This document shows, piece by piece, positions 50,430-64,000 of a stretch of 64,000 nucleotides of DNA. Below the pieces are notes generated by a model. The model was not told the DNA's origin and did not search any database. It saw nothing but the letters and a program-made list of their open reading frames with translations. Source of the DNA: Octopus sinensis. Its lineage: Eukaryota. A program made the translations under genes and the position numbers. The DNA lies in contig NC_042997.1 of NCBI RefSeq assembly GCF_006345805.1, positions 37,572,001-37,636,000 of the forward strand, written 5' to 3'. The first letter of the stretch is position 1. Every line of letters begins with the position of its first letter.

Positions 50430-53400
50430 GCAAGAACAACTATTATGCCGTCTGTTACCAAACAATCACGGGAACCTTCTTTTCAGGAGCTGAATAACAT
50501 CTTCCGTTCCTGTGTTACCTCCCATATCTCTTTCCCAGTTTTCAGAGTTGGCACTGTAAATATAAGCACATTGAAATGTAGGCCTAGCGAGATTACGAGA
50601 TGCTTGAATGCTGACGTGTTGATGTATGTTGCATATAAGAGTTAAGGGGAAAAGGAGCTTCAGCCAGAGTCCTCACAAGCAGAGCAATAGGTATAAATTC
50701 TTCTGGGAAGGTAATAGTGATGGAATAAGAGGTGTGGCCATACTTCTTGCAAAGAAATGGGTGGATAAAGTCATAGTGGTAATGATGGTCTCCGATAGAG
50801 TAGTTAAACTCAGACTAGTCTTGCAGAATTTTATAGCTACATTTATCTTTGCCTACGCCCTACAAGCGGGACTACCAGATGAACAGAGGGATCACTTTAT
50901 GATATTCTTCTAGCGGCTACCTAAAAGAAGAGTGACAATGATCTCATCCTTGTGGCTGGAGATTTTAATGGGCATGTTGGACAGTAACTTGGTATCTTCC
51001 ATGGTGTACATGGGGCCATAGAGTCGGTAGCAGAAATAAAGAGGGAACTAGGCTCCTGGAGTTCTACGATGCAAATAATCTATTGATCTGCAACACCAAC
51101 TTCAGGAAGCTAGCCACATGATAACTCTGCTAGCCAGATTGATTTTCTTCCCACCAGATAGCGGGATACATGGTTGCTCTTAAATATAAAGACCCGCCTT
51201 GGTGAACAATATCCGCCAGCATTGATTAGTTATTAGTGACTTTAGATACGAAGCCAGTCGAATGCCAAAAACCAGATCAATCTGGAAAAGAATGACTTGG
51301 AAGCTTATGAACCCTTCAGATGGTCAGAGATTTAGGAATATCCTTACCGAGAAATTTGATGATAAGGAAGAAGAGCTAGAGTCCTGTGGCGTAGAAGGCG
51401 GCTGGAAATTCCTGTGAGAGAGCTGGCTGAGCATGACAGACAAAATCTGTGGCTGGTGCAAAGTCCCTTACAGAGCTAGGGTAACACGGTGGAATGATAC
51501 TGTTGACAGTGTCATTAGAGCAAAGAGACAGGCTTGAAAGGCCTGGAAACTTGGTGGCAGCAGGAGACTGTATCAGATAGCCTAAAGAGAAGCCAGGAGA
51601 CAGATATATATATATAGCTAAGGGAGTAGCAGAAAAGAAAACGTTTGCCAGTGTTCAGTGATGTGAGGACCAAAGACAGTATTTCGGATTGCAAGACAGC
51701 GTGTGAGGGAAAACCGTGATGTCATAGGAGAGAAATGTGTCCACATGAATGATGGTGCCCTTGCGTTTAATGATTAAAATATCGGGCGGTGTGGGTTATG
51801 GTCTTGTCACCCGCATCCTAAATCAGATCGTTCATGAAGGATTCATACCCAACATAGTCAACTGCTACAAGGTCAATGTGATGTTTTAGATAGAAATAAC
51901 TACAGGGGTATCAAATTATTATCGGATCAGGTGTAAAATGTTACAGGGATGGTCAAAACCCCGCTAATTGGGGAAAGAATTGGCCTAGATGAGATGCAGT
52001 TTGGTTTTGTGCTAGGCAAAAGTACATGCCTTTTGTTGACTAGGAGAAAGTATTTGACATGTCTCCCCTGATCCCTTATCTGGTGGTCAGTCCGGAAATT
52101 GAGGATATACGAGCGGATGGTAAGCACTGTACAAGCTCTGTACAGGGACGCTGTCAGGAAGGTGAGGGTTGACAACGAGTATAGTGAAGAATTCCGGATA
52201 TAAGTAGGTGATCACCAAAGATCAGTCCTCAGCCCCCTCTTATACAACGTAGTCCTCCGGGCGAAAACAGAGGAATTCAAGATAGGCTGCCCCTCGCAGC
52301 TCCTCTATGCTGATGACCTTGCTGTAATAGCTAAGTCACTGCCAGAACTAGAGACGAAGTTAAGGGTGTGGAAGCAAAAACCAAAGTCTTAGTAAGTAAG
52401 AAGACTGACAAATTAGAAGCCCCTTCAGGTAGATGGCCCTAAACTCCATACGATGTACCCTGTGTAAGTTACGGACACATAAAAGGTGCAGCAACGTCAA
52501 AGGAAGTTTAACCGGGAACATAGTTTTTGTGTGTGGCATATGTGTGGGGCATTAAACAATGAAGTTGGGGTTGGATGCTCTGAGAATGTAATTAGAATAA
52601 GAATAGCCTGGGCAAATTTCAGGGAGCTCCTACCTCTGCTGGTAATTAAGGGCCTCTCGCACAGGATGAAAGGTACACTGTATGATGCATGTGTGCGAAC
52701 TGCCATGCTACACAGCAGTGAAACATGGGCCATGACTGCTGAGGACATGCGTAGGATTGAAAGGAATGAAGCTAGTATGATCCGCTGGATGTGTAATGTC
52801 AGTGTACATGCACCAGAGTGTAAGCGACCTGAGAGAAAAGTTGGACATAATAAACATTAAATGTCGTGTGCAAGAGAGACGACAGCGCTGGTATGGTCAC
52901 GTATTACGTATGGATGAGGACAGCTGCGTGAGGAAGTGCCACACCCTAACTGTGGAAGGTACCTGTGGAAGAGGTAGACCCAGCAAGAAATGGGATGAGG
53001 TGGTGAAGCATGACCTTCGAACATTAGCCGTCACAGAGGCAAAGGTAGGAGACCGAGACCTTCGGAGATATACTGTGATTGAGAAGACCCTGCAAATAAA
53101 GTGGGATCACAGCCATGGCCGATGCCAGTGCTGCATCTCCGGCCCATTTAAGAGTGATATATGCTTGAGAAGATCTGACTGGCTCCCGTTCCAGCGGCAC
53201 TAAAAATGCATCATCCAAACGTGGTTGATGCCATTGTCCCCTGACTGCCTCTCCTGCCGGTGACACGTAAAAAGCACTATCTGAGCGTGGCCTATGCTAG
53301 TACCCCATGACTGGCTCCAGTGCTGGTGGCACGTAAAAAGCACTATCCGAACGCGATCCATGCCAGGCCCACCTGACTGTCTCCTGTGCCGGTAGCACGT

Positions 53401-53585
53401 AATCAACACCTACTACATTCTCGGGGTGGTTGGCGTTAGGAAAGTTATCCAGCTGTAGAAACATTGCTAGATCAGATTGGAGCCTGGTGCAGCCGCTGTC
53501 CCTCCAGTCCTCAGTCAACCCGTCCAACCCATGCCAGCTTGGAAAACGGACGTTAAACGACGACGACGATGATGATGATGATGAT
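50430..53585 (+). mobile_element. Decayed near-full-length RTE-clade LINE (APE + RT, modular 3' UTR, (GAT)n tail)
   Basis: APE: FRVGTVNISTLK, GVAILLAKKW, VAGDFNGHVG. RT: SVLSPLL, LLYADDL. C-terminus: FRELLPLL...SSETW...RRIERNEASMIRWMCNV, RWYGHV, GRGRPSKKW. Many stops and frameshifts; (GAC/GAT)n tail at 53559-53585. Confidence 0.93.
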
Positions 53586-54789
53586 ATATATATGATAGAG
53601 AGAGAAGTGAAAAGGAGAGAGTGATCTACAATTGTAATCGACAGATAAGATGATTCTGTGGAGATAAGTTGACATACCTTGAAGAGAAACAAATATCTAT
53701 TAGCAGTGCTTATAAAAATTTCAAGATGAATGAGTACGCTGTAAATTTCTTCTGATTTGCACTATTAAAAATGTACTTACAGACCAATACGCACGCACGC
53801 ACACACACACAAACACACCCACTCACACATCTATGTATCAATGATTAACTCTCTTACGGACACACGCGATTATATATTAATTTGAATTATCTAACTCAGC
53901 AATAAATATTGTTCATTTAGTGTATAATACTCTTCTCTCAACTAAATATAGCCAATGACATTTTGAAACACCACTAAGTGGGAAATGAGGTTAACGCTAT
54001 AATAAACGCTTGGCATACTTATCATAACCACGGTGAAATAGCCAGTACTTGCAGTAAAATCGCTGAAAATTTAGCTTCATAGTCTTTTTAGGGAATATAT
54101 AAGTAAGTTAGGAATAAAATCAAAGAAATCATGAGAACTTCTATATTGTGCATACGCACATGAAAAAACTAGAAGTTGTACAGGTCAATTGATGTAGATC
54201 AACACCTGATCAGCAACAGGTCAGTGGCCACCACAACAATCCGTGAGTCAGCAGCATTACAACGCCTGCCTGGGTTTCACCATCGGACCTCATTTCACCC
54301 AACCCTACCCCATTAAATAGAAATTCACTACAAGAAGGTACTACCATTACGACAGCTTAGAATTCGCTTCAACCACAGCTTTCTACTACTACTACTACTA
54401 ACTCTGGTTTCTCCTCACCCCGAGCGGATAAATCTTTCGCCTTTTACTACTATATTGGTGACAATGATTTCAGAGTTTGGTACCAGGTCAACAAGTTCGA
54501 GAAAGTGGGTAAGTCGATTACTCAGACCCAAGTGTTCAAGTAGTACTCATTTTATCAACCATGGAGGATGAAAAGTAATGTCGGCTTCGACGGAACTTGA
54601 ATACAGAACGTAAAGATAAAATGCTGCTGAGCATTTTGCCCTGCGTGCTCACGATTCTGCCACCTTTAGTAACATTAACCAACGATTCTCGTTCTGCCAC
54701 ATATGACAATATAGACAAACCGGCGGAATTCTTAATTTAACCATCCTATATAAACACTTGCATTTTTTAAATTTAAAATTCTTTTTTAC

Positions 54790-56840
54790 TGTCTTACCTG
54801 GACCATGTGAAAACCGATCGAAGCCTGGAGATTCAACTGGCTGACAACAGCCGTATATCCAAAAGTCAAGGAATACTCACCAGGAAGTAGAACAACACTT
54901 CTCACTTACAGCTCCGTACAAAAACCACCCCCAATATTGCCACTGAACAAGGCCCTTATTACTATACAAACAACAACTAATCTCCGCTACGACATTCCTT
55001 CAAAGTGGAATCAACCCATCACTGAATTCCCAAAGATGGAAGATTCCATAGATAGAGAGTTGGCACGCTGGTATGACACACTGCATCCCTCTAATAATCC
55101 TAACGGAAACCCAGCAGAACGAGTGTCTCATAGATGTCGAACACACTTCGCAACAAGTAACGGTCCACTGATAGACGATCATAGCTCTACAAAAGCTTTA
55201 TTGTTCTATCTTTGGTGAACCCACTGATATTGACGCAAAGGATCTGAACGAAATCAATCCCCAATCTCTTCTTTCTGACATATCTTACTGCCTCGGGCAC
55301 CATAGCGGCAATTAAAGAAATCAAGTATTATTCTGAAGTAGGCCCTGAGAGTTTCTCCGCTTAATTTCTGAAGCAGGCAACTCGCAAAACCTCTAACAAA
55401 TCTCTGGATAAAAGTCTTTAGACTCGTGATATATATCCAAACAGTTCCTGTTCCAATCTATCATCCCGATTTTCAAAAAAGGAAACATGTCTCTTGTAGT
55501 TAACTATCGCACAATCTCAATCACTTCCTATATCATCAAAGTGTTTAAAAAGGTGTTGAGATCAAATATAACAGGCTTTCTGGAGATTCAAAATCTTCTA
55601 AATTTCCATCAGCATGGCTTTCACTGTGCCAGGAAATGCCTAACAAAGCTTTTATATTACATCGATGATGTCTCGATGTCCTTAAATATTTGAGGCCAGT
55701 CCATAACTTTGATGTCATATATCTCGACTTCAGCAAAGCGTTCGAAAGAATTTACAACAATACACTCCTAATAAAACAGTCCAGTATTGGAATTTGTGCT
55801 AAATTGTCGCACTGGATGAAGTATTTACTGGTGAGCAGGACTAGGTCTGGTAAGTTCACTGTCATGAATTAACCGCTGGGTAAATTCACTGTATGGAATG
55901 TTCACTGATTGCACGTTTAGATCTCCATTACTTCGACTTTTCTTTCAGTAAAATAGTTGTTAACTATTAATGGTGAGATATTATGGATACATTGGATACA
56001 TTTTCTCAGTAAACTTTCCATGCGGTGAACTTTCCATACGGTGAACTTTCTTCACGGTGAATTGACAGCGGTGAACTCTCCTGCGATGAATTGATAGCAG
56101 TTAACTCTCTTATGAGGAAATGATGGCGGTGAACATACCATTAATTGAGCAGAACATATGTAGTTACGATCGCTGGAATGCCATCAAGCCCAGCAAAAGT
56201 TACCAATTGTGTCCTCCTGGTTATTGCTTTGGGCTCGCTTCTCTTTATAGTCTATATGAACGGCATCTAAAGTGCCATCAAACACACAGCAAAGTAAAAA
56301 TATTCGTAGATGACTCCACGCTTCAGAAAATTATCATTGGAGATGAAAACCCAACTGGACTCCAGTCTGATTTGCATGCTGTAAACCAATAGTCTGACAA
56401 ACTCATGCGATTAAAAGAGCGAAAATTTAAACACATGCCTTCTGTAAAAAAAGATGTGCTCAAACAACTATATTCCTGCCTTTCCGAGCAGCTACTCATA
56501 GCATCCACGTAATTTCGGGATAATTGCTGACAACAACCTCGGTTGGAGTGCTCATATCAAACGTAAAGTCGATATCCCTCGGAGGACGAGCTCCTGGATC
56601 TTCAAACCTTTCCTGTTCAAAAAGCAACATGTCATTATTCCCCTTTTCTCTTTGTATAGTGACTCTAGAATATTGCTGACCTCTGTGGCCACCCCACACC
56701 AAGAAAAACATTATAAGAATTAAGTCACCCCAGAGAGTAATCACTAAAAAATGAAGAGCATCACTGATCTTGATTATACGGATTGCGTTAAAATTTATTC
56801 CATCCAGAGATGCCGTGAGGGCTACATCATTTGTACCTAT
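54790..56840 (+). pseudogene. Decayed CR1-like LINE RT, interrupted by a MITE
   Basis: PIFKKG, NYRTISITS, QHGF, DVIYLDFSKAF, LGSLLFIVYMN, IFVDDS, DNNLGWSAHI, LEYC; 5' boundary approximate. Confidence 0.85.
55849..56139. mobile_element. ~290-bp MITE with 17-bp TIRs and GGTGAA subterminal repeats
   Basis: ggtaagttcactgtcat versus the reverse complement ggtatgttcaccgccat. TTCAC motifs on the left, at least six GTGAA motifs on the right; splits the CR1 reading frame. Confidence 0.72.
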
Positions 56841-57173
56841 ACTTGGATAGATATCATTGAACAACACTCGGATTGAATGAAGCATGACATTACCAAACTT
56901 GACTTGAAAATATCTTAACAGATTTTTGCAATTAGTGCTATTGAGTTACACATGGCCTAGGCCAAAGAGTGGTCGAAATAAGATTGTGTGTATGTGTGCG
57001 CGTGCATGTGTGAGTATGTGTGTGTACCGAAAGCTCTCACACACTAGGAAAAAATGCCTTCCCAAAAGACGTTAGTAACATCTTAAAGAATATATAATAT
57101 TTTTGTAATCTTATCTTTAAAATCTCCTTTACACTCGAAAACTGTACTAAGTAATTCTCAGAGACTTTGAAAT

Positions 57174-57283
<110 letters not shown>

Positions 57284-57765
57284 ATTCTGGCAACTGAATC
57301 TATTTACTAACACCACCACCACTGACGTCATCACTGCCAACTTTATCATCTGCTGTTGCCTTCGCTACTGCTTCTACCATTATCTTCACCAGCATGAATG
57401 AATGGTTACCACATCAGTCCAACAACGTTTCTGCTACATTGCACCCCATCTCCCAATCTACCTACTCCCACAACACCTTTTTTTCAAAATTAAAAAAAAA
57501 ATCAATCGAATCTAGAAAATCCATTAACACAAAATTGCTCAACACTCCACAAACACACAAATAAAATAGACTCTCAAAATCTATTGCTACTTCCTACGCG
57601 AGAGAGAGCATGCTTACAACGTGATTGTTCTTTCTCCCATCCCCCCTCCGTAATAGACGCACACTCAAGAAACATATAGCAAACCGAAAATCAATACCAA
57701 AGTACCAGCAAAATTGATGATGATAAGTATCACCCCATTGTATATAATCCTATCAAATCTACTCT

Positions 57766-58310
57766 ACATCCAAAGCGCATGAAACGCTACTACTGCAGTG
57801 GTACCACCCCTCTGCTAAAGCTATTCGCTATACTGGTTCGATAAGTTCATTAGTCAGGAAACACACACACACACAAAAGAATGTTGTAGCAATCAAAGGG
57901 AACAATCATGAACGTGTCAGACAGTTCAATTACATCACAACGAGTCTCGATGCGAACCGACCACAATCCAAGCAAACCTTTGATTGCCAAACTGAATGTC
58001 GCACAGATCTCGGAATTATACAACCCTTACAGTAGCGCCAGGGCAAGACGTACTCCCGTATATTTCTGAGATCTTCTGCACAACATTCAGTTTGGCAAGC
58101 AAAGGTTCGTTTGGATAGTGGTCGGTTCGCATTGTGACTCGTTGTGACTGTAATTGAATTCTGACAGGTTCATGAGTGTTCCCTTTGATTGCTGCTTCTT
58201 TTTTTTCTTTTTGCGTTTCGTGACGAGTGAACTGATCGAACCAGTATAGCTGATGGCTATAGTAGCGAGGTGGTACCTCTGTGGTAGTAGTGTTTCATGC
58301 TCTTAGGAAG
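57766..58310. repeat. ~545-bp foldback with ~250-bp arms and a 36-bp loop
   Basis: 57766-58021 versus the reverse complement of 58058-58310 (gctatactggttcgat, gcaatcaaagggaaca, atgcgaaccgaccac, ttgccaaactgaatgt), about 80% identical. Confidence 0.92.
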
Positions 58311-59129
58311 TTCAGCTTGCAGCGGTCCTTGAATCGACACAAAGATACGGCACCTCAACAACGATAACTGCTCGTTTATAAATACACAAAAATGGAAATT
58401 CCACAGAGTGATACCACGATTGCATATCAACCAAACCCAATGCTTTTTATAATCAGTAATCCTACATCAACAACTTTTACTCTGACGTGAAAGTCATTTT
58501 ACTATCTTTCTTGGGTATCGCGTAAGATAAAGAGAGGTTTTACAATTGTTGCCCCCAATCGCATCAATGCTGATATTTAAAGGCGTCCTTAACAATGGCT
58601 ACTTAAAGTCACTGTCCATCTTCAACAAAGCTTCTAACCAGCTTCCAAGATCCACACCAAAAATTTAGACATTTTATCCAACAGTGCAACTCATGTAGCA
58701 TATTAATGATGGGCAATTTCAACCTGCCCTTCATGTATTGGTCTCAGAGAACTGAATTAAGCATTAGCATCACAACACTGGACAAATCAGCAGTAGGGAG
58801 ATATTTTAAATTCATGAATGTGCATCTTGTTAAATTTCCTACTACTTAACATTCTGAAATTTACACCAGATTTTTTTTTTTTAATGTAGCCCTAATGCGG
58901 GTTGCATACTGATGACGAAATCTGCATTCATTTCTTCTCCAGAAATCAAAAAGAAAAAAGTTGCGAGCATTTACACCTACGTAATTTTAATGAAATTGAT
59001 TGTTTGTTCCCATGGGAACAGCACTCACACAACACTTTTACGTGCTCTGTCGACCTGCTTAAAGGAGCAGCCAAATTTTCCTTAAAGTAGACATAACGTT
59101 TCAGAAAACAAACATGGTGACATATAGTG

Positions 59130-59423
59130 CGTTTGAGAAGTCCTGATTTCATTAAGGGCTAGCAGATGCCTTCCAAGCCACGAGGTACAAATTGCTGGTT
59201 CAGTTTATTGGCCTGCATTTCACTGTAGCCTATATTGGTGACTGTAGTACCGTTTCCCCATAATGTTCCAGCATAGGTCCTTTCTGTGTTCCAAAACGCA
59301 GTTAGCATCAATTTTCCTGCGGGAGTTTGAGATTTGAATTTCTTTCCCGCTAGCGATTCCGAGTGTTTCTATTCCATAATCTGTTCTTTTGACCTCTCTT
59401 CAAAGTGATAAACCCAGGTCTAC
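59130..59423 (-). pseudogene. Mariner transposase catalytic-domain remnant, second subfamily
   Basis: TWVYHFEERSKEQIME*KH, KFKSQTPAGKLMLTAFWN, GPMLEHY, GTTVTN. Confidence 0.78.
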
Positions 59424-60599
59424 TTTGACTACAATTTACAAGTGCGATTGGCGCACTTGCAAATTATAGTTCTATTTTCGGTGCACAGTATTTCCAGGTC
59501 GAACAATATCATTCTTATAGATTTAATGGTGTTCACTTTCTCTTCCAGTGAATAAAACTCCACTGACCTGCAGCGTTTGCAAAGGGCATGTTTTCTTCAC
59601 AGAGTTTTTGTTGTTACTGTTGTTGGTGCTATAATTGTAGATCGTATACATTGGAAGGAAAGTGGAAGCCATTAAAACAATAAAACGATATTCTTCAACC
59701 TGGAGTTATATTACACTTAGAAGAGGAAGTATTGTGCACCAAAACCGAACTAGATTTTACGAGTGCATCAGTCTCACAAAAAAGAATTTCCTAATACACA
59801 CCTCTTGCCGAATCTGAAAAAATGTTTCAACCTTGTTTCTCTTATTGCTAGGGTAGCTAGTGCTGCTGTTAGCGCTGTTGCTGCCGCTATAACTGCGTTT
59901 GATTACTATTATTGATGATGTTGGGTTCGTTATTGCTCTTCTTGAAAATGTTGCGGTTCATGCTGAAAATAATAGTTCTGCTGTCGTCGTCTTTATCATT
60001 CTTGTTATTATTATTACTGGAATTTTATCATTCTTGTTATCATTATTACTGGCAGAATCGTTTGCATGCTGGATGAAATGTTTAACGGCATTTCGCCGAT
60101 CGCTACGCCCTGAATTCAAATTCCGTCGTGATCGACTTTGCCTTTCATCCTTTCAGGGTTAATAAATTTTGTACCAGTGAAACACTGAGGTCGGTGTAAT
60201 CGACTAATCACCTCCACCCAAATTTCAGGCCCTGTGCCCTTAACAGAAAGGATTATTACTGCAAATCTGCATTTAGGTTCTTTGAAGTTACCATTGGAGG
60301 TGACTACTACTTCGTATTGAAGACTTCTCGACGGACTAGCGTAGCTTAGATCGTTTAAGTAAGAGGGTAGGGAAGTAATTTTCTGCTAAAACCATACTCT
60401 ATTTAAAGGAATACCTAATCAATCCCGGTCGCTATCTCCTCTACTATCAACATTATAATACAAATTATCTTAGAGGAAAAAAATCAAAACAAAATTAACT
60501 TTAATAATTGAAATGACAACAATACTTCAGATGTGAATAACATCATCAAAAACAATAACAACAATACTTTCGCAGCAACGGCTGCCAAAAGGCACAGAG

Positions 60600-61380
60600 T
60601 TGTATAGGATGGATATTCTACAGAACGATATATGTATGGCCTCAGAGGCAAAACTGAAGGCTGGAAGGAGAGTGTGCAGACATTGTCATCCCCCACGAGG
60701 TGTTGGCAGAAACACACAAAAAAACCAGTAATTTTCAATGTGCTTCTTCGACCAAAAAGCGACCCGAGACGGCTAGTCAGGCAGATGTAGAAGGCGCACG
60801 GAAGGAGATGATGTCCGACATTGAGATGTCTCCTGCCAGAGCGAATAATCTGTACTCCATCCATCGTATCTAGAAAGGAGGATAGTGATGTTAAAGATCT
60901 TCCACTGGTGGTAAATTTATGGTGGTTTTTAATGTATATTATTTTGTAAAAGAGGTGCAGCATCCTGGAGGTGAAGCTGACTCGTCCGGAATCAGTGTGG
61001 AGGTGCTACTCCACAGTAAATCAGCCACATTCCACAAGGTCCTCGTTCGCCTTCCAGGAGGGTAAGAGCTGCATGTTACCGTTGAGAGTAGAAAGCTACT
61101 GTGCCACCAGCGTAGGGAGACTGGACACTTGGGAGCTTTCTGCTCCTGACAGAAAAGAGGGAGCCTTAGAACGATTTTACTGCCAGCACCAGATCCCCAA
61201 AATCCACAGCGAAAAACAAGAAAAACGGTACCAACCCTGGCAACAAATACATCAGCAGCAGCGGGGGCAGCAAAACCAGCACAAATGCTGGAAGAACACC
61301 ACCAAGAGCAATAACAGCAACACCAGCAACACCAAAACATCACCAGCAGATGTACCATCACCACCATCTTCAACAGCTGC
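60600..61380 (+). pseudogene. Decayed non-LTR ORF1 (gag-like) remnant with a CCHC zinc knuckle
   Basis: FHKVLVRLPGG*ELHVTVESRKLL-CHQRRETGHLGAFC at 61102-61143 (CX2CX4HX4C with the second Cys replaced by Arg), followed by a low-complexity Q/T/N-rich region. Confidence 0.55.
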
Positions 61381-61523
61381 AAAAAACAAATATATATATA
61401 TATATATATTAATAATCTTTTCTATTGTAGGTACAAGGCCTGAAATTTGGGGGTGAGGCATGGTCTATTACATTTGACCCTAGTATTCAACTGGCACTTA
61501 ATTCATCGACCCCGAAAATTGAC

Positions 61524-61977
61524 CAGATCATTGAGGTAGCCATACTAAATGACATGAAGGTTGTGAGAAAAGAGGTTAAAAAATCAACAAGTACTCCGAA
61601 TTGAAAATGGAAATGGCAAGATTGTATGGAATGCGAGAGGGTAAGGTAAAAATGATCCAAGTGGTGATCAGAGCGTTGGTCTCAATCCCATCGAAGCTTC
61701 AAGACTTCTGAAGGTAACTGGAAATCCCATGCAAGAAACGTAAAAACATGTCTCACAGAAATCCAAAAGACTTTGTTCCCAGGTACTGCCCACGTCCTTA
61801 GAAAATTCATATCAATTTAAATGTCTGTGTTTATTACATGAAGATATTTCGCTATTGCCCTTGACATTTCCCCTCCCTAAGCTTTCATTCATACTGCAAG
61901 ATTTCTTATCTATCATTCGCCCTAGGACGCTGGCTGTGTCTCGGCGAGGGATTGTAATATACATGCAAATTATAAGT
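61524..61977 (+). mobile_element. Second, more decayed R4/Dong-like RLE 3' end
   Basis: QIIEVAILND...EVKK, NKYSELKMEMARLY, VVIRALVSIP, IQKTLFPGTAHVLRKFISI*. The 3' UTR runs into (TAA)n at 61978-62163. Confidence 0.78.
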
Positions 61978-62004
61978 AAATAATAATAATATAATAATAA
62001 TAAT

Positions 62005-62035
<31 letters not shown>

Positions 62036-62039
62036 CAAC

Positions 62040-62073
<34 letters not shown>

Positions 62074-62095
62074 TAATAATAATAATAATAATAAT

Positions 62096-62164
<69 letters not shown>

Positions 62165-64000
62165 TTCTCAATTAACCACTGAGGGTTCGGAAGGAAATGG
62201 AAAATGATACGAAAATTTAATTTTGCATTGAAATGAATGAAAGAACGACAGTATTCTTGAGAAATAGGAGATAAATTGCTAGATTGACGAAAGGCAGGCA
62301 AAGCCGAGAGTGAAAAGCGGTTACTATATTACGTGAAAGGGACGAGTACTAAGGTTTTATTATGTACCATCTCATGTTACACCTTACATGAGAAAATGCA
62401 ATTACTTTCAGATGTACCTTTAGCTGCAAAGGAATAAACTAAAACAACTGAACGTCAGAGTAAAGTTTCAATGTTAGTTTAAGCATAGACGTATCTGAGT
62501 GATCACCGAACGTAATCGATGAGCATTCAGTTGTATCACTGCTAATAATTGCATTTATAACCAACATTCGATGCTAGCATTTTCAAAGATAAGCCGTATG
62601 TAAATATAAATTAATTAATAGATCGACCAATGAATAATTAATTAATCAATTAAGTAAATCAGACCAAATATGAAGACAGAGGGAGTTTTCAAACAGTGAT
62701 TATTATTATTACGTTCTTAATGCACACCGTTGTTTAACGTTCAGTATAGATCAAACAGTTGAGCATGCACGGCGTAATACTTTGGGTGTGCACTGATGAT
62801 CACGAGATCAGGATTTCAGTTCCTGGAGTGTTTGGTGAGTTTTATTCTTTAGTTCTGCAATCACTTCAAAATCTGATATGTGGTATGCTGTGCATCTGTT
62901 CAGGTAACATCGATATGATGGATGGATGGATGGTGGGAGCTAATATACAGCACATATAATATATATAAACAAATCATTTGCGCAGTGTTGAGCGAGAAAT
63001 TACAAAAATGTATTTCTTAATGTAGGAGAGACTACCATCATTCATTCATTCATTCATTTATTTATAGCTCAATCAAAATAAATCATCATTCAAAATCAGT
63101 AAATTAAGAATTATGCATTCGAAATGAAATTTAAATTTAAAGACGCAGAAATTTTCGGTTGAGACACAAAATATTTAGAAAATGAAGAATTATATGTTAA
63201 ATGAAGTACTATACAAGTAAAACACCACCTTAGTTTCAACATATACTATTTAAGAGAATAATGTAAGAGAACATTTTCGACAGATTAAAAACAATTTCAC
63301 GTGCTTACAACATATCATGCGTTAAAAATGCACAATGTTTAAAGCATTAAAACAGATTCATCAAATAATAATAGTAAAAAACAAATAGATAACCATTTTT
63401 ACAATTACCCTCATGTATATATATATATGTGTATATATAGCGTGTTTGTGTGAGACTGTGTTTTTATGTGTGTACGTATGTATGTATGTATGTGTATATA
63501 TATATATATATATATAAAATATGTGTGTATGTATGTATGTACAAAATATATAATTATATAAATATAATTATAGTAAGGGCAATAATGAGTATGCTAGAGA
63601 TAGACACCAAGTGGCTCTAAAAACTACTGTTCTTCGAGCCATTTGACGTCTATTTCTAGCATGTGGTGTTACCTATTAGTGCCCTTTCTATAATTATATT
63701 TACATTATCATATATTTTCTATTAAATGTTACCAATTTGGTTTATTAAATGCTGGCTACTTGATAAAAATCCTATATTGATTTTATCCTTGATTATAAAG
63801 ATATGTGTGTACATAGAAACATTATTGATGTCGCATATTTAATTCATGTTTTGTTGAAACGGTTTTTCAGCGGCCGTATTTTGTCCATCGAATCCGTATA
63901 CTCGAGCCAGCTGCGAAACGATTTCAAATTCGTGAAATTTGATTTGAGTACGTGTTAACGATGAGCTGAAATAAGTGATTTATCGGCATCCACCGTCCTC

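Noticed and set aside
55830-56155. tgagcag(g/a)ac on both sides of the MITE as a TSD
   Set aside because: It is separated from the TIRs by 6-7 unrelated bases on each side, so the superfamily cannot be assigned from it.

Overview
AT-rich, microsatellite-saturated animal DNA. The SINE/LINE repertoire is most consistent with an octopus (coleoid cephalopod) genome; this is inferred from the repeats. No host gene can be assembled: nearly all supplied ORFs are microsatellite read-through or transposon debris, and only isolated candidate exons were seen. Recognisable elements are tRNA-derived SINEs of several families (three insertions with 12-bp TSDs), a decayed near-full-length RTE LINE (~50.4-53.6 kb), a decayed CR1-like LINE interrupted by a MITE, two R4/Dong-like RLE LINE 3' ends abutting (TAA)n, three Neptune-type Penelope (GIY-YIG) fragments, mariner remnants, non-autonomous Helitrons and four 400-550 bp foldbacks. 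The headline observation is a dense set of type I hammerhead-ribozyme (HHR) motifs in at least five unrelated repeat families, most with a short palindromic helix III. The strongest case is a non-coding ~560-bp unit at 28.07-29.69 kb, arranged in tandem and inverted. Each unit carries one GUC-cleaving hammerhead, and the inversion junction falls at the predicted cleavage site, which fits a retrozyme-like self-cleaving RNA element. Others are a tRNA-promoter + (AAT)n + hammerhead element, a family with a CUGUNGA core variant, and a canonical hammerhead overlapped by a perfect 40-bp antisense hairpin. All ribozyme calls were folded by eye and activity is untested.
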